This document shows positions 62,479 to 64,000 of a stretch of 64,000 bases of DNA, piece after piece. The position numbers and the translations under genes are program-made. Position 1 is the first letter of the stretch. Every line of letters begins with the position of its first letter. Source of the DNA: an uncultured Chthonomonadaceae bacterium (lineage in GTDB: Bacteria; Armatimonadota; Chthonomonadetes; Chthonomonadales; Chthonomonadaceae); NCBI GenBank assembly GCA_963835065.1, contig CAWIEK010000046.1, positions 1 to 64,000 on the forward strand, in the 5' to 3' direction. The notes below the pieces were generated by a model. That model searched no databases. It had not been told where the DNA came from and saw only the letters and a list, made by a program, of their open reading frames with translations.

Positions 62479-62537
62479 TAGCCCTTTTCCTGTGTTCCTT
62501 TGCGCAAGCGCATAAGCAGGAAAGGGGCTATGCTTTT
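62479..62537 (+). terminator. Terminator-like hairpin
   Basis: TAGCCCTTTTCCTG...CAGGAAAGGGGCTA followed by a T-tract. Confidence 0.5.
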
Positions 62538-62743
62538 TCGGCAAGTTTCCATTGCAGTATTTTGGGCAAAATCTTACGCGCCGTAGGAAGTGGGCTGTAG
62601 ACTGGCGAATAGAACCTGTGTGGATAGAAATGTTTAGCGTTGTGCTTGAACCTTGCAGAACGGATGATGCTGTTCAAGCGTCAATACACGTGACAGTAAC
62701 GTTTAGCCCCTTGTGTTCATGTTCATTAGGAGGATCGTTAGCA

Positions 62744-64000
62744 ATGCCCTCTTTCCGGTCACAGGCGGGACACGCCGCGTATCGCGTGTCATCAATCATG
62801 CCGTTTTCTGCGCGGATGCGCGTTCGCTCTCGTTGGCGACCCGGCGTTCCTGTGGCGCTGGGATGCCTGCTGGCGCTGGGACAGGTTTCACAGGCGCAGG
62901 CGCAAACTGCTGCGGCTTCAAAACCGACTCTGCCGCCCGCCACGTCCCGAACCGTTTTGAACGGCTTGCAGGACGCTTTTGCCGACCTTGCCGACAAAGT
63001 GGAGCCGGCGGTTGTCACGCTGTACAGCGTCAAGACGTTTCACGGTTCCGCCGACCGGGAAGCGCGAACGGGCGATAAGGGCAACGATTTTCGGATGCCG
63101 CGTCGCATTACCGGAACCGGGTCCGGCGTGATTATCAGCCCGGACGGGTGGGTACTGACCAATGACCATGTGGTTGGCGGCGCGGATAAAGTGACCGTCA
63201 AACTGCACGATGGGCGCGAGTTTACGGGCGAAGTGCGCCGGGACCGCCGCAGCGATCTCGCATTGGTGAAAATCACTTCGCCCTCGCCGTTTCCCGTCGC
63301 CGCGTTGGGCAATTCCGACAAAACCCGCATTGGGCACTGGGCAATTGCCATCGGCAGCCCGTACCGCTACGAAGGCTCGTTTTCCGTCGGCGTTATCAGC
63401 AGCCTGTCCCGCCGACAGCAAATTGCCGACAGTGGCGTTGCCGATGGCGTCCGCGTTTACAGCAATATGATCCAAACGGACGCGGCTATCAATCCCGGCA
63501 ATTCCGGCGGGCCGCTGTGCAACATTGACGGCGAAGTGATCGGCATCAACACGGCCATTGAAAGCGAAAGCGGCGGCAGCGTGGGCATCGGCTTCGCCAT
63601 TCCCATCAACATTGCGCGCCACATTGCCGACCAACTGCGCGAAAAAGGGCATGTGGATTACGGCTATTTGGGCGTTGGTCTGGTGTCGGTCACGCCGCGT
63701 CAAGGCTCCGCCCTGCATGTGCCATACGGCGCGTTGCTGGACAGAGACCCGGAGCCTGCCTCTCCGGCGGCGAAAACGGGACTCCGCGCCGGGGATGTCA
63801 TCACGGCCATGAACGGCAAAGCCATGCGAACGGAAAGCGACCTGCGCCTCGCCATCGGGCAAACGCCGCCCGGAACTCTGGTGGAACTGAGCGTGGTGCG
63901 CGACGGGCAGCCGCAAACGCTCAAAGCCACGCTAGACCGCGCCCCGGAAGTTTCCGAAGATACGCCCCACGCGCCCGCCAAGTCCAAATTAGGCATCGAA
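62744..64000 (+). CDS. HtrA/DegP-family serine protease with PDZ (runs off window end)
   Basis: Manual translation from the ATG after AGGAGG gives GTGSGVII, TNDHVV, SDLALVK, IQTDAAINPGNSGGPL, GIGFAIP and a PDZ domain. Confidence 0.9.
   Translation, partial: MPSFRSQAGHAAYRVSSIMPFSARMRVRSRWRPGVPVALGCLLALGQVSQAQAQTAAASKPTLPPATSRTVLNGLQDAFADLADKVEPAVVTLYSVKTFHGSADREARTGDKGNDFRMPRRITGTGSGVIISPDGWVLTNDHVVGGADKVTVKLHDGREFTGEVRRDRRSDLALVKITSPSPFPVAALGNSDKTRIGHWAIAIGSPYRYEGSFSVGVISSLSRRQQIADSGVADGVRVYSNMIQTDAAINPGNSGGPLCNIDGEVIGINTAIESESGGSVGIGFAIPINIARHIADQLREKGHVDYGYLGVGLVSVTPRQGSALHVPYGALLDRDPEPASPAAKTGLRAGDVITAMNGKAMRTESDLRLAIGQTPPGTLVELSVVRDGQPQTLKATLDRAPEVSEDTPHAPAKSKLGIE

Overview
A 64 kb chromosomal window from a diderm bacterium of moderately high GC. 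An Armatimonadota-like lineage is my inference from gene content and is not confirmed. Housekeeping and metabolic genes include furA-katG, prc, a sugar ABC transporter, rnpB, a two-component system, waaF, hmgA, etfBA with an Fe-S oxidoreductase, selA, a selenoprotein selD, and ECF sigma/anti-sigma/htrA. These are interleaved with small defence islets: DUF4365 plus an R-M operon, a RelE/HigB toxin with a HicB-domain partner, and AAA_21 ATPase + DUF4276 + a Type ISP-like R-M enzyme. Short palindromic and tandem-repeat elements are unusually dense and also sit inside rnpB and coding sequences. About a dozen single-base frameshifts in otherwise intact genes look like long-read indel errors. The most notable items missing from the ORF track are: (1) two paralogous units, each made of an ECF-type promoter, a strong RBS, an 8-9 aa Pro-ending micro-ORF and a conserved ~110 nt RNA (24243-24508 and 49245-49531); (2) a 37 aa, 8-Cys metallothionein-like peptide behind an ArsR with a palindromic operator; (3) a chimeric HigB/HicB toxin-antitoxin pair; (4) heptamer repeats forming a long hairpin in the P12 region of RNase P RNA.
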